DNA from: Actinomycetota bacterium
Lineage (GTDB): Bacteria > Actinomycetota > Acidimicrobiia > Actinomarinales > Actinomarinaceae
NCBI GenBank assembly: GCA_027729925.1
Contig: JAQCEB010000001.1
Span: 23,419 to 87,418 of the forward strand
Length of the DNA stretch: 64,000 nucleotides
Direction of reading: 5' to 3'
Position numbers and translations under genes: made by a program. This document shows, piece after piece, positions 60,646 through 64,000 of this stretch (positions are counted from its first letter, which is position 1; each line of letters starts with the position of its first letter). The notes under the pieces were generated by a model. That model saw only the letters and a program-made list of their open reading frames with translations, searched no databases and was not told the origin of the DNA.

Positions 60646-61686
60646 GTGAACTTTCCAAAAGGCGAAACTAGGGTAGAGCTTCTTAATAGAACTTTTATTT
60701 ATGCATTTGCTGTTACAATTTCAGTTTTTTTATTTATCCAAGTCAAAGGACTTTTGTTTGATTTATTTGTAGCAGTTGTATTAGCAGCTTTAGCTGAACC
60801 AGTTGTTTATAGAATTTCTAGAAAGTTTAATAGAAAAGTTTCTGCAATTATTACGGTAACCACAGTTCTGTTAGTTATTGGAGGAATTTTATTTGCATTG
60901 ATACCAATAATAATTCAGGAAATATATTTGTTAACAACTCAACTTCCTATCTACTTTGACGAATTTGTAAGCTATTTTGATAGTTTTATTGGGTATTCTA
61001 TATCAAGTCAATCACTTGATTTACGATCTCAATTTAATTCATTAATTCAGAATTATGGAAGTACTGTTGGTTCAAGAGTGGTGTTTGCTGGACAAGGACT
61101 AATTCGAGCTCTTGGCCACGTATTTATTATTTTCTTTTTCACATATTACTTAATAAGCGAAGGGGATGGTTGGAGAGTAAAACTTAAAGAATCATTACCT
61201 GAAAATATTTCATCTTCAATAGAGCAAGTTTGGACAATTGGTGTATCTAAAGCTGGTGGATTTATAATTGCTAAAGTTACTCTGGGGATTTTAGCTAGTA
61301 TTATTTTTTCAATAGCTTTTTCTATTATTGGATTACCTTCATCAGTCGCTTTAGGTATCTCTGCAGGTGTTTTGTCACAACTTATTCCTGTTCTTGGAAC
61401 TTTTTTAGGTGGAGTAGTTCCTTTCGTTGCTTCAATTGCTTTAGGTTCTTCAGCAATAATATCTGTATTATTTGTGTTAATAGGATATCAAGTAATTGAA
61501 AATTATTTTATAAGTCCGCGTGTCACTAAATCAACAATGGAGATGCATCCAGCTATAGCAGTTTTTTCAACATTATTTGGAGCGTATACTCTTGGAGGTG
61601 TAGGGGCAATTATTGCCTTACCAATTGCAGCTACAATACAAGGTGTAATAAGCATAATAATTCTGAATAGAAAATCTAATGTTTAA
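60646..61686 (+). CDS. AI-2E family transporter (PerM/UPF0118)
   Basis: 8-TM architecture with a central loop and a Gly-rich C-terminal helix (GAYTLGGVGAIIALPIAA), typical of AI-2E. Confidence 0.65.
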   Translation: MNFPKGETRVELLNRTFIYAFAVTISVFLFIQVKGLLFDLFVAVVLAALAEPVVYRISRKFNRKVSAIITVTTVLLVIGGILFALIPIIIQEIYLLTTQLPIYFDEFVSYFDSFIGYSISSQSLDLRSQFNSLIQNYGSTVGSRVVFAGQGLIRALGHVFIIFFFTYYLISEGDGWRVKLKESLPENISSSIEQVWTIGVSKAGGFIIAKVTLGILASIIFSIAFSIIGLPSSVALGISAGVLSQLIPVLGTFLGGVVPFVASIALGSSAIISVLFVLIGYQVIENYFISPRVTKSTMEMHPAIAVFSTLFGAYTLGGVGAIIALPIAATIQGVISIIILNRKSNV

Positions 61687-61963
61687 TATTCCTAAAAATG
61701 CAATAAAGACATTAGATGCGTTATTTAATAGTTTTCAAGATGAATTGATTGACCCTATTGAGAACTCAATTAAAAATGTAAAAAAAAATTTCAAGGCTAG
61801 TAGCTATTTATCTGTAGCAACAATTTTCTTTTTAATTGGAAGTTCTTTAGTTCTATCTAAGTCTTTTCAAGATCAATTTTTTATTCAAGCTATGATTTAT
61901 TTTTCATATGCATTGTTTACTGTATTAATATTTATATTAATAATTTGGAGAATATTAAAATGA
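61679..61963 (+). CDS. small membrane protein (94 aa)
   Basis: Two TM helices, overlaps upstream gene by 8 nt. Confidence 0.3.
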   Translation: MFNIPKNAIKTLDALFNSFQDELIDPIENSIKNVKKNFKASSYLSVATIFFLIGSSLVLSKSFQDQFFIQAMIYFSYALFTVLIFILIIWRILK

Positions 61964-62115
61964 ACGATTTTAAAAATGAATTTAATAATCTAAAAAAAAG
62001 TCTAAATAAAGATAATTCATCCATTGTAATATTTTTATTAGCCGGAATTTTAATTGGCAGGTTTTATGAAAAATTTTCAAAAACTAAAAAATCAATTTTA
62101 AAAAAATTTAGATGA
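61960..62115 (+). CDS. unlisted small ORF, 51 aa single-TM protein
   Basis: MNDFKNEFNNLKKSLNKDNSSIVIFLLAGILIGRFYEKFSKTKKSILKKFR. Its ATG overlaps the upstream stop (ATGA) and it has one hydrophobic helix. Below the 60-aa cutoff of the ORF track. Confidence 0.3.
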   Translation: MNDFKNEFNNLKKSLNKDNSSIVIFLLAGILIGRFYEKFSKTKKSILKKFR

Positions 62116-62163
62116 GTAAAAGAGTACAAAAAATCATTATCATTACTGTTACAACTGCAATGA

Positions 62164-62991
62164 TTGTTACATTACTACTTCCACTTCTATCTGTACTCTA
62201 AATTGAGTTCTAATTTAAATTTAGATAATGAACTAGTAGTTATTAAAAGTGAAAAAAATAAGTATTTAGCTGTTATTGATTACACTAAAGAATTCGTTAC
62301 TAATGAAGGAAAAATATTTTTAAAGAACATAAATTCAATACCTTCTAAGATTTTATCTTCTACAGGCGTTGAGTTTAAGATATATAAACCTAGTTATAAA
62401 GAATTTGTATTATTAATGAAACGTGGACCACAAATAATTTATCCAAAAGATTCTGCCCAGATATTAATAGAAGCAAATATTCATTCATCTAGTAATGTTT
62501 TAGAAATTGGAACTGGTTCAGGGGCTCTTACTTTGCTTTTGTATACTTTAATTTCTAAATCAGGTTCTCTCACAACTTTAGACATCAGTAAAACTAATCA
62601 AAGAAGAGCCCAAAAGACTATTAAAAGATATTTTTCTAAAAATGAAATAAATGATGAAAATATTCTTAAATTTATTAACGTTGAATTAGAAAATTTTAAT
62701 TTTAAAGAATTAAATTATAAGATAGACACCATAATTACTGATGTGCCTGAACCATGGATATTTTTTAAAAATAATAAAATTGAAAACAGTATAACTTGGG
62801 TTTCATATTTACCTTCAATTTCTCAAATTGCTAAAATCAAGGAAACCTTAATAGAAAATTATTTTGAAAATATTGAAATTAAAGAAGTTATTGTAAGGGA
62901 TTGGGTGGTTGATAATAAAATAATGAGACCAAGTAATAGATTAGTTTCTCATACTGGATTTATAATTTCTGCAAATTTTATAAAGTATTAA
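62164..62991 (+). CDS. trmI: tRNA (adenine58-N1)-methyltransferase TrmI (GCD14 family)
   Basis: N-terminal beta-barrel region (VVIKSEKNKYLAVIDYTKEF...RGPQIIYPKD) and SAM motif VLEIGTGSGALTL. The start is uncertain: TTG 62164, or TTG near 62202. Confidence 0.7.
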   Translation: MLHYYFHFYLYSKLSSNLNLDNELVVIKSEKNKYLAVIDYTKEFVTNEGKIFLKNINSIPSKILSSTGVEFKIYKPSYKEFVLLMKRGPQIIYPKDSAQILIEANIHSSSNVLEIGTGSGALTLLLYTLISKSGSLTTLDISKTNQRRAQKTIKRYFSKNEINDENILKFINVELENFNFKELNYKIDTIITDVPEPWIFFKNNKIENSITWVSYLPSISQIAKIKETLIENYFENIEIKEVIVRDWVVDNKIMRPSNRLVSHTGFIISANFIKY

Positions 62992-63233
62992 GGTTCAATC
63001 ATTATACATTCGCCTGGACACTCTTCCGCAGCTTCAATAACTGCTTCTTCTTGTCCATTTGGAACGTTTGCTAAACCTTCTGCACCACCAACATTTCCAT
63101 GCTCTTCAGAAAATATTTTGCTACCTTCTTTTACGTAAAAAAGGCCGTCATCTAATCCTACAAATACATCTGGCGCAATTTCTTCACAAAGGCCATCGCC
63201 TGTACATAAATCTTGATCAATCCAAACTTTCAT
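62988..63233 (-). CDS. fdxA: ferredoxin (single [3Fe-4S]/[4Fe-4S], actinobacterial FdxA-like)
   Basis: MKVWIDQDLCTGDGLCEEIAPDVF...ECPGECI, with a CxxxxxC...CP Cys pattern. Start chosen at the internal Met (MKVW). Confidence 0.75.
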   Translation of the reverse strand: MKVWIDQDLCTGDGLCEEIAPDVFVGLDDGLFYVKEGSKIFSEEHGNVGGAEGLANVPNGQEEAVIEAAEECPGECIMIEP

Positions 63234-63308
63234 AATGTAATAATACAATAAATCAGATATATAAATAATTTTGTGAAAATTATTTAATTACATTTGTAAA
63301 ATTAAAAT

Positions 63309-64000
63309 ATGGGATTTGAAGAACATTTAAATAATTATATAAAATCATTTATGAATATAAATATTTCAGATTATAAAATATCTTCTTCTGAAAATGTAGA
63401 CATTAAAAATTTAACCCCTATCGCAACAACTGTAGTTGCTTTGAAATTTGACAGTGGAGTTGTAATGGCAGGCGATAGAAGAGCTACGCAAGGAAATTAC
63501 ATTGCGCATGATGATGTAGTAAAAGTGTACAAAGTTGATGACCAATCAATGATTGGAATTGCTGGATCTGCTGCAGTTGCCTTTGATTTAGTCAAAAGAT
63601 TTAAAACAGAGTTAGAACATTATGAAAAAATCCAAAATATTAAACTATCATATCCTGGTAAAGTTAGTTTCCTCTCAAGTTTAGTTAAATCGAATATGAA
63701 TTTGATTTTTCAAGGTCTTATTGTTATACCGATATTTGCTGGTAGAAATAATTCTGATTTTTTTGTCCATACATATGATGCATTGGGTGGCTCTTATCTA
63801 GAACAGAACTACGCATCAGTAGGATCTGGGTCGTCTTTAGCTAATGTATTTTTACAGAATAATTATAAAAATATTGATAAAGATGGTGCTATAAAGTTAA
63901 CTATTGAAAGTTTAAAAACTGCATCTAATAATGATTCTGCAACTGCTGGTATAAATTTAGAGAAAGATATACTCCCTACTGTTTTAATTTGTAATCAAAA
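63309..64000 (+). CDS. prcB: 20S proteasome beta subunit (partial; runs off the window end)
   Basis: About 40-aa propeptide, then TTVVALKFDSGVVMAGDRRATQG with an N-terminal Thr nucleophile and ELEHYEK. The match to actinobacterial PrcB is strong. Confidence 0.85.
   Translation, partial: MGFEEHLNNYIKSFMNINISDYKISSSENVDIKNLTPIATTVVALKFDSGVVMAGDRRATQGNYIAHDDVVKVYKVDDQSMIGIAGSAAVAFDLVKRFKTELEHYEKIQNIKLSYPGKVSFLSSLVKSNMNLIFQGLIVIPIFAGRNNSDFFVHTYDALGGSYLEQNYASVGSGSSLANVFLQNNYKNIDKDGAIKLTIESLKTASNNDSATAGINLEKDILPTVLICNQ

Noticed and set aside
1-64000. CRISPR arrays, IS elements, integrases, phage genes, restriction-modification or other defence islands
   Set aside because: No direct-repeat/spacer arrays, transposase/integrase ORFs or compositionally deviant blocks were seen. 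The lone HNH endonuclease is a conserved dcw-adjacent gene rather than part of a mobile element.

Overview
The window is a densely packed, very AT-rich (about 30% GC by eye) chromosomal segment carrying almost only core housekeeping genes. Many genes overlap by 1-29 nt (ATGA or TAATG junctions), which fits a streamlined genome. Gene content and order point to Actinobacteria, and a low-GC streamlined (marine or freshwater-type) actinobacterium is the best guess. Three observations support this. (1) The dcw cell-wall/division cluster has ftsQ directly followed by ftsZ with no ftsA, then pgeF-yggS-sepF-yggT. (2) The blocks ileS / dksA-like-lspA-rluD-dnaE, polA-rpsA-coaE-uvrB, and uvrC-rapZ ... 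pgk-tpiA-secG each match mycobacterial gene order. (3) A 20S proteasome beta subunit (PrcB) begins at the window end.

In coordinate order the window contains:
- ilvB (partial, - strand) preceded by a branched-chain-amino-acid leader peptide and terminator (attenuator).
- queG, ilvD, a metallophosphoesterase, a ROK kinase, an aminotransferase and threonine aldolase.
- Small membrane proteins, a DUF3040 protein, a MerR regulator and an HNH endonuclease.
- The dcw cluster: mraZ-rsmH-ftsL-ftsI-murE-mraY-murD-ftsW-murG-murC-murB-ftsQ-ftsZ, then pgeF-yggS-sepF-yggT.
- ileS on the - strand, a dksA/traR-like gene, lspA, an RluA-type pseudouridine synthase and dnaE.
- thyX, an EamA transporter, nth, ccdA, a ygfZ-like gene and tRNA-Leu(CAA).
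- polA, rpsA, coaE, uvrB (with a LexA/SOS box), uvrA, uvrC, rapZ, pgk, tpiA, gpmA, secG and a second tRNA-Leu whose anticodon I read as AAG.
- A class I glutamine amidotransferase, guaC, nrdH, msrB, a DCC oxidoreductase, yajQ, crcB, trmL, several membrane proteins, trmI and a ferredoxin, ending with prcB (partial).

No CRISPR array, IS element, prophage or obvious defence or biosynthetic island is visible. The most notable signals are regulatory:
- The ilvB attenuator.
- Nested palindromes that would sequester the rsmH ribosome-binding site.
- An SOS box at uvrB.
- Two conserved genes (HNH endonuclease and RluA-type synthase) whose only plausible start codons are non-canonical (ATA/ATT).
- A tRNA-Leu with A at wobble position 34.
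- Several deletions from conserved syntenic blocks: murF, divIVA, and yvcK-whiA-gap are absent from their usual positions.
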